Virus record (IMG/VR): IMGVR_UViG_3300011008_002687
Span: 47,270-111,269 of that record
Reading direction: 5' to 3' (one strand)
Source: a virus
Taxonomy: Duplodnaviria; Caudoviricetes
Length of the DNA: 64,000 nucleotides
Shown: piece after piece, positions 38,742-48,114 of the stretch
How the letters are laid out: every line of letters starts with the position of its first letter
Position numbering within the stretch: the stretch's first letter is position 1
Notes under the pieces: model-generated
Seen by the model: only the letters and a program-made list of their open reading frames with translations
Told to the model about the DNA's origin: nothing
Database searches by the model: none
Translations under genes and position numbers: made by a program

Positions 38742-39146
38742 TTATCCTTTATTCCAACCATTTTCCAGACCGGCCTGTCTGACCAGATCAGGGAAATGGT
38801 TTGGTACTGATTTGATTGACAGTATCAGCCTTTTGAAATTCTCAAAATCATGTGGGAAGACAACCACCGCAATGCACCCGGACTTGTCCACCTGATTCAG
38901 CTTCTGCTTCTGAAGGTCTGAAGGCCTTCCGGTTTCAGACTTCAGTTCAGCTTCAATGCTGATACCGTTCACTACAATGTGCATGTCAGGCATTCCTGAC
39001 TTGATGTACTTGCCACCACCCCAGCGCTTTTCCCAGTAACCGCACGGGGGAACCGTGATTTTCTGCTGTTCTTCTCCAAGCGGATAGATCCCTTCAGACA
39101 CCAGCCAGTTCTTCAGACGGGTTTCAAACTGCTTTTCTGCTGCCAT
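38742..39146 (-). CDS. VRR-NUC nuclease
   Basis: GMPD...ELK...G..S.LQ. Confidence 0.8.
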   Translation of the reverse strand: MAAEKQFETRLKNWLVSEGIYPLGEEQQKITVPPCGYWEKRWGGGKYIKSGMPDMHIVVNGISIEAELKSETGRPSDLQKQKLNQVDKSGCIAVVVFPHDFENFKRLILSIKSVPNHFPDLVRQAGLENGWNKG

Positions 39147-39498
39147 AGCGCTTCACCGTCTTCTTTTTCCTGCACAGACCTGTGTCATATGCATGTTGCG
39201 TGTTCTCTGACATGGTGCACCATTCCAGCTGGGATGCACGGCAGTCATGCTTCTTGCCATGCTTATGGTTCACAATGGTCTTGTTTTCCGGATCATCATT
39301 GACCACAAAGGCCATGGCCACCAGAATATGCACACGGCAGTTGTCCCTGTCCAGTTTCACACGCAGGTATCCGGATCCGTCATCATATGGCTTCAGCGGT
39401 TTGCCTGTTTTGGCATTCCTGACGTTTCCCATGTTGCTGACTTCATATCCAGGATGATTTTCAATCACCTTCCACGATTCACGCATTTTCTTCACCAC
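39124..39498 (-). CDS. NUMOD4-HNH endonuclease-like protein
   Basis: YEVSNMGNVR, VH.LVA.AF, VNH, LEWCT.SEN..H. Confidence 0.8.
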   Translation of the reverse strand: MVKKMRESWKVIENHPGYEVSNMGNVRNAKTGKPLKPYDDGSGYLRVKLDRDNCRVHILVAMAFVVNDDPENKTIVNHKHGKKHDCRASQLEWCTMSENTQHAYDTGLCRKKKTVKRYGSRKAV

Positions 39499-40384
39499 CT
39501 TCCTTCATCATTTCAATGATCTGCCGCTGATGATACAGCACGTTTTCCACATAACTGGTGGAATAAATATCTTGTTTCCACAGCCTTCCGGCACCGCTTT
39601 CACCCATGTTGTAGGCCATCAGCACCATGGACGGATCCTGGTACTTTTCAAACAGCTTCCGAAGGATGAAGGTGCCTGCACGGATGTTCTGATAGGGATC
39701 CAGAAAGTCAGTCACACCAATGGTCTGTGTCAGCCATTCATGATTGCACTTGTTGATCTGCATCAGGCCATAGTCATTGGATCCGCTGATCACGTCAGTT
39801 CTGAACGTGCTTTCCTGCCATATCATTCCCATGACCAGGCTGAAGTCCAGATTGTATCCTTTGCATAACCACCAGATGAACTGCTGAATGTCAGGATCAA
39901 GGTCAACCGGAAGGACAGTGAATTCAGGATCATTGGCTTCCCAGTCCATTGACACTTCATGGGTGAAGATCCGGTCATCATATGCACCGAAGACTTCCCA
40001 TTCAGTAGCCGCTGACGTGGCTTCTGGTGAAGGTTCCGTTGCAGGTGGTACATTTTCCTGTCCTTCGACAGAAACCTTGTCAGATGGGCTTATATGACCT
40101 GTCACGGCATACGTGACGGCACTTCCGGCAACTGCTGAAGCCAGCATCAGCATTGCAATGAAGATGATGAAGCGTCTGTTCAGCCGGTATGCCTTTCTGT
40201 TCCTTTCGTATGTACTCATTTCTTTTTCCTCTTTTCTATCCAAGCCCGGATGATTCCATATGGGTAGTGTGTCCAGGCTATTGCCAGCATGATGATCCCT
40301 GAACCGGCCAGGAAGATCACCACCAAGATTCCCAGAATGATCAGCATTGTCTTCATCACCTGTACCTGTACCTGTCTTTCGCAA
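39479..40384 (-). CDS. Membrane-anchored lytic transglycosylase (SLT); true start probably MSTYE
   Basis: TM segment, QES, GLMQIN, AYNMG. Confidence 0.8.
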   Translation of the reverse strand: MRKTGTGTGDEDNADHSGNLGGDLPGRFRDHHAGNSLDTLPIWNHPGLDRKEEKEMSTYERNRKAYRLNRRFIIFIAMLMLASAVAGSAVTYAVTGHISPSDKVSVEGQENVPPATEPSPEATSAATEWEVFGAYDDRIFTHEVSMDWEANDPEFTVLPVDLDPDIQQFIWWLCKGYNLDFSLVMGMIWQESTFRTDVISGSNDYGLMQINKCNHEWLTQTIGVTDFLDPYQNIRAGTFILRKLFEKYQDPSMVLMAYNMGESGAGRLWKQDIYSTSYVENVLYHQRQIIEMMKEGGEENA

Positions 40385-40571
40385 CTACATAGATGCCACC
40401 AGGAAGAAACATGACCATTCCCGGAATCATGGACTTCACCAGGTCTTCAAACGGCTGATACTGACCAATTTCCGTCAAGTAGTCAGATGTTCCGACAGCA
40501 CCCAGCATCAGGATGAAGCCAATGAAGGCCAGAATGCCAAGCACCGTTTCAAGGATTTTCAAACAATTCAT
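40356..40571 (-). CDS. Small membrane protein
   Basis: Two hydrophobic segments. Confidence 0.5.
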   Translation of the reverse strand: MNCLKILETVLGILAFIGFILMLGAVGTSDYLTEIGQYQPFEDLVKSMIPGMVMFLPGGIYVVAKDRYRYR

Positions 40572-41907
40572 CTGTCAGTTCCTTTCCAACCTTCAGCATC
40601 TGAAGGTTTCTTTCCTCTATGGATCCAGACACCAGCAGATAGTAGTAAAAGCACGTTCTGTCCTGACCTATCCGGTGGATCCGTTTCTTTGACTGTTCCC
40701 ACAGGTCACAGCTGCCTTTTCCAAGCGGAAGGGTGAAGTATATGATCCTGTTGGCCTTCTGGAAGTTGCCGCCCATGGCACCAGCCTGGTACTGAATGAA
40801 GGTGATGGAATCGCTGCATTTCTCATAGGCCATCAGATCCTTTGTGGATCCATTCAGCACTGAATACGGTCTTTCCAGTTCATTCAGATGGTTCTTCATC
40901 TGCCGCAATTCCTCATTGAAATTGTAGAAGATGATGATCCGGTCTTCCGTGGACTGTACCAAGTCCCGAAGGGCTTGCAGCTTTTCCTTGTGATACTGAC
41001 CACACAGCTGTCTGGCATGAAGGATCTTTGTCAGTTGGTTGTCACCAATCAGTTCAATGCAGTCACCTTCATTGGTTCCATAGAAATCAGAATCCAGTTG
41101 AAATTCATTCAGACTTGCCTTGCTGATCTGCACGTATCCGGTTTTCATAAACTGGACATAGGTCTTGGTCTTTCTGACCTTGACCACTTGTTCAATCTGT
41201 TCAGGCAAGTTCATCACTTCTGAAGTCTTCATGAACACTGCACCGTACTGTGCCAGCCGTTTCTTCAGGTGTGGCACGTTTTTATAACCGGTGATGACTT
41301 CCTGCATGAATCCGTCACTGTTTTCCACCCATTCCGTGTCAACATAGGATTTCCAGAAGGCCTGTTTGGTGATGTTCCATCCAAGCAACTTCAGCTGTGA
41401 CCACAGCTTTTCATATTTTCCTGCCGTTGGTGTTCCGGACAGAAGGATCACTGCTGCCGGATCCAGCTTCAGGATGAACTTTGACCTTTTGGCATTCTCA
41501 TTGCTGATCAGGGAAGATTCATCCAGCATCAGGGTGAAGCCGTGCATCTTCAGGTAGGCTGACCGTCTGAAGATCAGGTCATAGTTGATGATGCCAACAA
41601 TCATGTCATCATCCTTGATGCCTGCCTGCTGAAGATTCTTGAAGTTGATGGAAGAAGTCTTCTTTGTCAGGTCAAACACCCTGATGTCCGGATAGTAGGT
41701 CTGAAAGTGCTGGATCCAGTCATCAATCTTGGATTTCTGACAGACCACAATGTTCACAGGCCTGTTCAGTTCCCACATCTTTTCAGATCCAACAAAGGTC
41801 TTGCCAAGTCCCATGTCCAGATAGTAGGCCACTCGGATAAAGTCTTCAGTGATTTCAAGCACCTTGTTTTGGTGGGGCATCAGTACCAGATCAGGCATTG
41901 ATGTCAA
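40549..41907 (-). CDS. SNF2-family helicase
   Basis: DMGLGKT, LDES, SGTP, RIHRIGQ. Confidence 0.88.
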   Translation of the reverse strand: MTSMPDLVLMPHQNKVLEITEDFIRVAYYLDMGLGKTFVGSEKMWELNRPVNIVVCQKSKIDDWIQHFQTYYPDIRVFDLTKKTSSINFKNLQQAGIKDDDMIVGIINYDLIFRRSAYLKMHGFTLMLDESSLISNENAKRSKFILKLDPAAVILLSGTPTAGKYEKLWSQLKLLGWNITKQAFWKSYVDTEWVENSDGFMQEVITGYKNVPHLKKRLAQYGAVFMKTSEVMNLPEQIEQVVKVRKTKTYVQFMKTGYVQISKASLNEFQLDSDFYGTNEGDCIELIGDNQLTKILHARQLCGQYHKEKLQALRDLVQSTEDRIIIFYNFNEELRQMKNHLNELERPYSVLNGSTKDLMAYEKCSDSITFIQYQAGAMGGNFQKANRIIYFTLPLGKGSCDLWEQSKKRIHRIGQDRTCFYYYLLVSGSIEERNLQMLKVGKELTDELFENP

Positions 41908-42658
41908 TTCCAGTGCATTCCTTGAAGATCACGGGATCAAAGTTAGGCAAGGCAAGGATGATGTCCCTGTATTCCTGGCACAGTCCGTCCCACCAAAGCT
42001 GTGCACAGTCACTTTCATCCAGTACCTTCAGATAACCACCCGTTGTCTTATATTCCGGATACTGCTGCTTTTCTTCATCCGTCATGTCACAGGCATATAC
42101 CCATTCCACAACATTCTTCGGAATCTGGTTCAGCAGATGGTATGCCTTGCTGTTCCACCAGTCACGCAGCGTCCAGTCAGACGGTTTGTTGAACATGGTG
42201 ATCTTCGGTTCAATCGTCATGAAACATCCGTTATTGAAAGAAGATTTGTTCCAGTCCCCGGTGTTCCAGTCCCCGGTGTTGCAGTCCCCGGTGTTCCTGT
42301 TCCCGGTGTTCCTGTTCCCGGTGTTCCTGTTCCCGGTGTTCCTGTTCCCGGTGTTCCTGTTCCCGGTGTTGCAGCCTTTCTGGACTTCATCCCAGGACAG
42401 TTCACGGATGATCAGCAGCTTGTTGGTGCAGAACTTGATGTCATCATCAGTCTTCACGTCACCAATGGCTTCCACTTCGGCCACAACCGTCTGATCAGGA
42501 TCAAAGGTGTAGAAGTTGAACACGTCCGGCAGCCGTTCACAGAAACGCATTCCGGATTCACACGGGATCAGCTGCACATCTTCTTCAAAGGTTTCACCAA
42601 CCTTGTACTGCTTGCCACGGCAAGTCCAGTCTTTATTAAATGCCTTGAATCCTTTCAT
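41891..42658 (-). CDS. Phage protein with NTG(N/D)x pentapeptide repeats
   Basis: KGFK.F...CRG.QY..G N-terminus and 8 pentapeptides. Confidence 0.7.
   Translation of the reverse strand: MKGFKAFNKDWTCRGKQYKVGETFEEDVQLIPCESGMRFCERLPDVFNFYTFDPDQTVVAEVEAIGDVKTDDDIKFCTNKLLIIRELSWDEVQKGCNTGNRNTGNRNTGNRNTGNRNTGNRNTGDCNTGDWNTGDWNKSSFNNGCFMTIEPKITMFNKPSDWTLRDWWNSKAYHLLNQIPKNVVEWVYACDMTDEEKQQYPEYKTTGGYLKVLDESDCAQLWWDGLCQEYRDIILALPNFDPVIFKECTGIDINA
42251..42370. repeat. 8 x 15-bp coding tandem repeat (5 identical CCTGTTCCCGGTGTT)
   Basis: Read directly. Confidence 0.95.
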
Positions 42659-42661
42659 GGC

Positions 42662-44011
42662 TTATTTCTCCTTTACGTTTACTTCAGCAATTTTCATGGC
42701 CATAATGGGCACCACGCTGTTTCCGATCTTGGCCACCTGTTCCTTCACCGGATACCTGTGACCGTCAATGTCACGGTCAATCACATATTCCTTCGGGAAT
42801 CCCTGTGCCAGCTTCAGTTCTTCAGGTTTCAGCATCCGGAACCAGATGTCTGCAATCACGTAGTGATCACCTTTTCTGGTCATAATGGTGCTGACCATTC
42901 CAAACCTGTCCTTGGTGGTGATGGTTGCCAGCGGTTCATCCACCGTCTGACCGCATCCCTGTCCGTAGTATTTCAGCAGGAACACCGACACCAAACCGAA
43001 GTGACCAGGGGAAGTGGTGATGGTGTGAAGCGGTTCCGTGACTTCCTGACCGGTTCCGGTCTTGTAGAACTTGGTAATGAACACGGACACCAGACCATAC
43101 CTGTTGGAAGTGTCAATGGTCTGAATCGGTTCATTCACGGTCTGTCCACGGCTGTCACCTTCCTTGGTTTCACTGTGATACTGGATCAGGAATGGCATGG
43201 CAGTCTGATCTGGCAGGAAATATGGATCAGGATTTTCAATCACATACTTCCGGATCCCGTTTGCAATTCGCTTCAACGTGGCATCTGCCAGTGGTTTCTT
43301 CCGTTCAAAGATAGAAGATCCCAGGTCAGTGAAGTCCAGCTTTTCAGCGACAGGTACCCACGGAAGCAGGCCGCCTTCACCGTTCTTGCTGTGTGTAGGC
43401 ACCGGCCAGCGGATTTCCTTACCGTCAGATCTGAATACTGCATACCAGCGTTTCCTGGTAGTTGGTGCACCGAAGTCAGCAGCCACCAGTGTCCGGCATT
43501 CAAAGCTGAAACCAAGATCCTTCATGGAAGTGATAAAGCGCTGATATTCCAGACCTTTCTTTTCCGGAATCGGATGTCCTTTGTCATCCAGGTCACCCCA
43601 TTCCTGGATTTCTTCCACGTTTTCCATGAACAGAACGGTGGGAAGATGTCCGGTGATGGTCAGGATCTGTTTGCATAGCCTGTGCACTGCCCACGGAAGA
43701 ATCCGAAGACCGGCTTCACGTGGCTGGCCACCCTTGGCCTTGCTGTGGCTGGTGCAGTCAGGACTTGCCCACATCACATCCACCGTGTCATCCGGATCCA
43801 GATAGTTGGCCAGATCAACCTGGAAGATGTCTTCAGTCAGGTGCAGTGTTCTGGGATGGTTCACTGTGTGCATCCGGATAGCGGCAGGATCATGGTTGAT
43901 TGCTATGTTCACTTCAATGCCTGCCATCCGTAGGCCTTCAGAAGCACCGCCGCCACCGGCAAAGCCGTCTATTGATACATGCTTCATAATCAGCACCATC
44001 CTTTCAGCCAT
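42662..44011 (-). CDS. C5-cytosine DNA methyltransferase
   Basis: FAGGGG, SPDC, ENV, R.R, IGNSV. Confidence 0.9.
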   Translation of the reverse strand: MAERMVLIMKHVSIDGFAGGGGASEGLRMAGIEVNIAINHDPAAIRMHTVNHPRTLHLTEDIFQVDLANYLDPDDTVDVMWASPDCTSHSKAKGGQPREAGLRILPWAVHRLCKQILTITGHLPTVLFMENVEEIQEWGDLDDKGHPIPEKKGLEYQRFITSMKDLGFSFECRTLVAADFGAPTTRKRWYAVFRSDGKEIRWPVPTHSKNGEGGLLPWVPVAEKLDFTDLGSSIFERKKPLADATLKRIANGIRKYVIENPDPYFLPDQTAMPFLIQYHSETKEGDSRGQTVNEPIQTIDTSNRYGLVSVFITKFYKTGTGQEVTEPLHTITTSPGHFGLVSVFLLKYYGQGCGQTVDEPLATITTKDRFGMVSTIMTRKGDHYVIADIWFRMLKPEELKLAQGFPKEYVIDRDIDGHRYPVKEQVAKIGNSVVPIMAMKIAEVNVKEK

Positions 44012-44895
44012 TCAATGGTTTCATGGTAGTTATCTTCCACCATCCGAAGTTCAGCCTTTTCCTGCTTTTCTCTGTCACAGATCTGCTGATACAGGTCATC
44101 ATCACGATAGGCAGTCACTTCATCACGGATCAGCTGTGTCAGCATTTGCGGTTCCAGTGCATCCAGTTCCCATGATTCTTCACCATATTCCTGGATGTAC
44201 TTATCACACCTGCTGTCAGTGATCTTTGCAGGATTGGGTGGTGGGTTGTATGTATCAACCTGATCCATGGTTAAAGCCACACGCTTCACATATACGTCTG
44301 CACCAAACATGTTCAGCCTGTCCTGAATATCCCTGGTCATATCAATTCCGGAAGGATCATGATCACCAAGATGAATGATGATCCGCTGTTCCCGGTGTTG
44401 CTGACTGATGAAGCGCTGTGCAGCTGACCACATTTCAGACTGGGAAGTATAACCACGGCAGCTGAAGTGTGGTGTGTCTATAGGTCTGCAAGCCTGACTT
44501 ACAATGTCAATCAGGGCATCCTTTTCCACCCAGACTTCCACATAGTTTGGTTGACCTTTCCACTTATCCAGCAGGTAGGAATACCTTGCCGAAGCAATCA
44601 CGTCTTCAGGACGTTCCCAGTGACTGTTCCCACGGATATATCTGGTTCTGTCAGTGATGCTGTTCCAATCAATCAGACCGGCCAATCTGCCATCATTGAT
44701 CAGATTGCCAATGTTCTTGTATGACCGTTCATTGTTTGGAATGTAACCACGTGCAACCAGTTGATAATAGGCCTGACGCAATGTCAGTTCATATCCTTGA
44801 TTGCTGTATTCGCTGACAACACCATTGATCAGTTTGATCAGATCCAGGCTGGACTTTCTGAAGTTGATTTCCCTGTACTGGATCTTAGGCATCAA
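43990..44895 (-). CDS. Toprim-domain (TopoVI-A/JetD-like) protein
   Basis: TLRQAYYQ, VEVWVEKD, GDHDPSG, WELDAL. Confidence 0.7.
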   Translation of the reverse strand: MMPKIQYREINFRKSSLDLIKLINGVVSEYSNQGYELTLRQAYYQLVARGYIPNNERSYKNIGNLINDGRLAGLIDWNSITDRTRYIRGNSHWERPEDVIASARYSYLLDKWKGQPNYVEVWVEKDALIDIVSQACRPIDTPHFSCRGYTSQSEMWSAAQRFISQQHREQRIIIHLGDHDPSGIDMTRDIQDRLNMFGADVYVKRVALTMDQVDTYNPPPNPAKITDSRCDKYIQEYGEESWELDALEPQMLTQLIRDEVTAYRDDDLYQQICDREKQEKAELRMVEDNYHETIEWLKGWC

Positions 44896-45313
44896 CTTTC
44901 ACCCCCTCTATCTGTTCCAGCCGGTCACCATTGATCACGTATGTCCAACTGTGATCCGTGGTCTTGATGCCATACCCCCAAGGGAAAACACCCTGCTGAA
45001 GTCCCTTAGACACCGTGTCCTTGTCAATGCCCATGGCCTTGGCTGCCTGTTTTACTGTCAGCCTTCTGATGGATCCTGCCTTCTTGGTCACCGGCATCAC
45101 ACCGAAGGCCGGAAGTTGATCATCTTCCTTGGTGAAGTAGTCCGGATCCAGTCCAAGTGACACTGCCATATCACGCTGAACGTCTTCCGGGGGAATCTGC
45201 TTGCCAGACAGGTACTGACTGATTGATCCCTTGGACTTTCCAGTCAGACCACAAACCTGTGTCTGCTTCAGATTCAGATCCTGCATAGCCTTTTTCAGTC
45301 TTTCATTGAACAT
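44885..45313 (-). CDS. Double HTH protein (XRE plus excisionase-like)
   Basis: SISQYLSG; LTVKQAAKAMG...GLQQG.FPWG. Confidence 0.65.
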   Translation of the reverse strand: MFNERLKKAMQDLNLKQTQVCGLTGKSKGSISQYLSGKQIPPEDVQRDMAVSLGLDPDYFTKEDDQLPAFGVMPVTKKAGSIRRLTVKQAAKAMGIDKDTVSKGLQQGVFPWGYGIKTTDHSWTYVINGDRLEQIEGVKVDA

Positions 45314-45346
45314 TCCTTGATACCTTCCTTTCTTTGCGGTTGATTA

Positions 45347-45571
45347 TTATTCCACCTTGTTGGCAAAAAAAATGGCTTCAAATTCTTCAGAAGTCATGTT
45401 CAGAAGATCCCGGAGAATGCAGGCTTCAGACATGGTGAATTCTGTCTTGTTGTTCAGCTTGTTCAGGAATCCCTGATGTGTCAGGCCACACTTTTCAGCA
45501 ATGAATGCAATCTTGTAGCCAGAATCATCAATCTTCTTCCGAAGAAGTTCAGTGTTGGTCATTGTTGCCAC
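45347..45571 (-). CDS. Cro-like HTH regulator
   Basis: IAEKCGL...NKLN...EF...E. Confidence 0.7.
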   Translation of the reverse strand: MATMTNTELLRKKIDDSGYKIAFIAEKCGLTHQGFLNKLNNKTEFTMSEACILRDLLNMTSEEFEAIFFANKVE

Positions 45572-45580
45572 CTTCCTTTC

Positions 45581-45781
45581 TTAAATATCACAGTTGCCGT
45601 CTTCCGGAAACTGGTTCTTGTTGTACTGCTTCCTGATCTGGACAAAGACCTTGCCTTCAGTGTCAGTCCGTTCAGACATTATGCTAAACTTTCCAGTCAG
45701 GCTTTTCTTGTAGTCCTGATATTCAGCCTGATTGTCAAACTGGATCACCTGTTCAATCCAGGCCAGTAGAATCTTTTTCAT
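45581..45781 (-). CDS. Hypothetical protein
   Basis: In-operon ORF. Confidence 0.45.
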   Translation of the reverse strand: MKKILLAWIEQVIQFDNQAEYQDYKKSLTGKFSIMSERTDTEGKVFVQIRKQYNKNQFPEDGNCDI

Positions 45782-45953
45782 GCTTCACCTGCTTTCCATT
45801 ACTTATGTAAAACCCTATGGGATTCTGCTTGTCTTTCTCATAAATCAGATCCGTTCCATCCTTCAAATTGATTTCAATTTTCAGATGCCGGTATGGTAAC
45901 CGTTCAACCCATTGTTCAATTTTGTTCAGTATTTTCCATTCTTCCTGCTTCAC
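45753..45953 (-). CDS. Hypothetical protein
   Basis: In-operon ORF. Confidence 0.45.
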   Translation of the reverse strand: MKQEEWKILNKIEQWVERLPYRHLKIEINLKDGTDLIYEKDKQNPIGFYISNGKQVKHEKDSTGLD

Positions 45954-46394
45954 TTTACGCTTGCACCCCTAAAGATGACCACCATGGAAGGAAATGGTGC
46001 TGCATTCTTCTGACTTCCAAACTTCAACCTTCCCTTCACAAACCGGATTTCAGACCGGTGCATGATGTAATTGTGGAAGTACCTGGTGTCAGTTCTGGAA
46101 GGAATCAGCAGCACAACCACCGTGTTGTCCTTCCTGGTTTCATAGAATGCCTTGGCCACCCACTTTTCAATCTCTGAATACGGTGGATTGCAGAAAACGA
46201 CATCCCCCCCCCCAGTCAGCTTTCAGGCCGTCATCTTCTTTGCTGAAATACCTGTTGCATTTATGGTTTTCTGCCGTTGCACACGGATCCAGGGTGAAAT
46301 GAAATTCTGCATCCAGTTCATTGAAGAAGTCCTGTGGTGTTGACCATTCATCAGATTTCTTGCTGAACATCACTTCAGTGTTCATAAGCATCAC
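45950..46394 (-). pseudogene. Phage N6-adenine DNA methyltransferase, frameshifted at G10 tract (46204..46213)
   Basis: WSTPQ..F...F.LDPCA in first ORF; removing one G gives DWGGDVVFCNPPYS continuing into second ORF (LIPSRTDT...APFPS). Confidence 0.85.
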
Positions 46395-46648
46395 CCCTTT
46401 TCACGCCACCGGAAGAAGTCATCTGCACGGTACAGCATGACAAAATCACCTTCCAGATCATCCAGATCATAATACTGACCAACTTCACGATCCATGGCCA
46501 CGATCACCAGCATGTAGAAGTCCTGTTCATATTCCATGCAGGCATCCCTGATTTCATCCAGTGTCAGCCGTCCACGGCTTTTCTTGATGTTCAGGATCCA
46601 CTGGCCGGTCTTGTCATAGTCAGACCAGACTTCAATTCCTTTCTTCAT
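46391..46648 (-). CDS. Hypothetical protein
   Basis: In-operon ORF. Confidence 0.5.
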   Translation of the reverse strand: MKKGIEVWSDYDKTGQWILNIKKSRGRLTLDEIRDACMEYEQDFYMLVIVAMDREVGQYYDLDDLEGDFVMLYRADDFFRWREKG

Positions 46649-46917
46649 GCCTGTGCTTCCTCTAAGCTGCTGGACACGTCATCAATCTGACCTTTCAGAT
46701 CATCCAAGGTGTTCCATGCATCATCCATGTTGCTGACGGCATCTTCTGCCATGCTGTACTTTTCCGATCCCTGAAGGTTTTCAGGCATGTTGTCCAGATA
46801 TTCCTGTTCTTCATCCTTAATAGATTCAATGTCATCCAAGATGGATTCCATTTCAGACTGAACTTCGGCCAACCTTTTGATCACGTCATCAATGGCTTTT
46901 CTTCTGATCTTGTTCAT
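46645..46917 (-). CDS. Hypothetical acidic coiled-coil protein
   Basis: MNK.RRK...EQE..DNMPENLQ. Confidence 0.55.
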   Translation of the reverse strand: MNKIRRKAIDDVIKRLAEVQSEMESILDDIESIKDEEQEYLDNMPENLQGSEKYSMAEDAVSNMDDAWNTLDDLKGQIDDVSSSLEEAQA

Positions 46918-46988
46918 AGTTCACATTCCTTTCTTTATAGTGTGAAGGGTGGTCTGTTATCCACCCTTCACGGTGCCTGCATTGGTTA

Positions 46989-47468
46989 TCACTTAATAGT
47001 GTAGAGGGTGTCAACTGCTTCCTTCCGGATCAAAAACATCACGTTTTCAACAGTCTGATCTTCACTGTGCTTCACAATGTCCTGTGCAATTTCATAGATC
47101 CAGTGAACTGTAGGATCCTGCACACCAACAGTGTTCAGCATGAAGTTGTAGTCAGACACGCTGCCACAGGTGTACAGGTTGTGCTTGATGCACATGCAGC
47201 GGATGCTGTCCGGATCCCACTTGGTTTCTTCAATGATTTCCGGTTCCTGTTCAATGTAGATCCGGATGGTCTTGATCCCTTTGCCTTCCTGGATGTTCAG
47301 TTCCAGGGAAGTGTTCAGGTCACTGATCCAGCTGTTGTTTCCTTCGGCAGCGCTCATGAAGATAGGGTATCCTGCATTTTCACTGGCCTTATAGTCCTTT
47401 TCCCAGTCTGTGGGGAAAAGTCTTTCAGCTTCCTTCCAAGCTGCTTCACGGTTCCTGACTTTAATCAT
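46989..47468 (-). CDS. First gene of early lytic operon, hypothetical
   Basis: Follows leftward promoter; RBS AAAGGAATGTGA. Confidence 0.6.
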   Translation of the reverse strand: MIKVRNREAAWKEAERLFPTDWEKDYKASENAGYPIFMSAAEGNNSWISDLNTSLELNIQEGKGIKTIRIYIEQEPEIIEETKWDPDSIRCMCIKHNLYTCGSVSDYNFMLNTVGVQDPTVHWIYEIAQDIVKHSEDQTVENVMFLIRKEAVDTLYTIK

Positions 47469-47529
47469 GATTCACATTCCTTTCATTGGTTATCACTTGG
47501 ACTTTTTCTGGATGCTGCTACATCCGGAA

Positions 47530-47549
47530 GGTTGATTATTGTTCCACCT
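47530..47549. promoter_or_regulatory. Probable repressor operator GGTTGATTATTRTTCCACCT (second copy 45338..45357)
   Basis: 19/20 identity between copies; quasi-palindromic; just downstream of the early promoter. Confidence 0.6.
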
Positions 47550-47555
47550 GCTGCT

Positions 47556-47584
47556 ATCTTACCACCACGGGGAATGCCTGTCAA
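47556..47584 (-). promoter_or_regulatory. Early lytic promoter
   Basis: TTGACA-17 bp-TAAGAT with extended TG. Confidence 0.75.
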
Positions 47585-47612
47585 CTATTTTTTCAGGAAA
47601 TTGAAAAAATTA

Positions 47613-47641
47613 TTGAACATAGGGCAACCACGTGGTAAAAT
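47613..47641 (+). promoter_or_regulatory. Repressor promoter
   Basis: TTGAAC-17 bp-TAAAAT with extended TG. Confidence 0.65.
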
Positions 47642-47666
47642 GGTACCTATGAAAGGGGGTGATCAT

Positions 47667-48092
47667 ATGGGTGCCAGCAAAGATCCTTATCTTCAGACGC
47701 TTGGCCAAAACATCAAATACCTTCGGATTCAACATGGCTGGTCACAGGAAGAACTGGCTGAAAAATGTGGATATACTTCTGACACCAGAAAGTCAACCAT
47801 CAGCAAAATTGAAAACGGTCAATCAGACCTTCCCATTTCAAAACTGAAGATCTTTGCCAAGGTTCTTGGTGTGACATGTTCAGATCTTTGTGACAGCGTT
47901 CAGGACAAAGAACAAAAGATCATCTGTGATCTGATGGAAAAATGCTATGGCCAGGATGCATACAGAATGGTGCAGACGTTTCTGAAGCTGGATCAGGATG
48001 ACCGGCTGATCATCTATGGTGAAATGCTGGGAATGATGAAGGCTGACAAGTATGCTGTGAAAAAAGAATCATCAGAACAGAAGGCAATGTGA
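47667..48092 (+). CDS. CI-like XRE repressor
   Basis: IKYLR...WSQEELAEKCGY...STISKIENG; divergent from early operon; start reassigned after GGGGGTGA RBS. Confidence 0.85.
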   Translation: MGASKDPYLQTLGQNIKYLRIQHGWSQEELAEKCGYTSDTRKSTISKIENGQSDLPISKLKIFAKVLGVTCSDLCDSVQDKEQKIICDLMEKCYGQDAYRMVQTFLKLDQDDRLIIYGEMLGMMKADKYAVKKESSEQKAM

Positions 48093-48114
48093 TCTATGTT
48101 GACTTTTCACATGA

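Noticed and set aside
42251-42370. CRISPR array
   Set aside because: Contiguous in-frame coding repeats without spacers; no cas genes in the window
47067-48092. 341-aa repressor as listed in the ORF track
   Set aside because: Upstream part overlaps an opposite-strand gene and the promoters; RBS supports start at 47667
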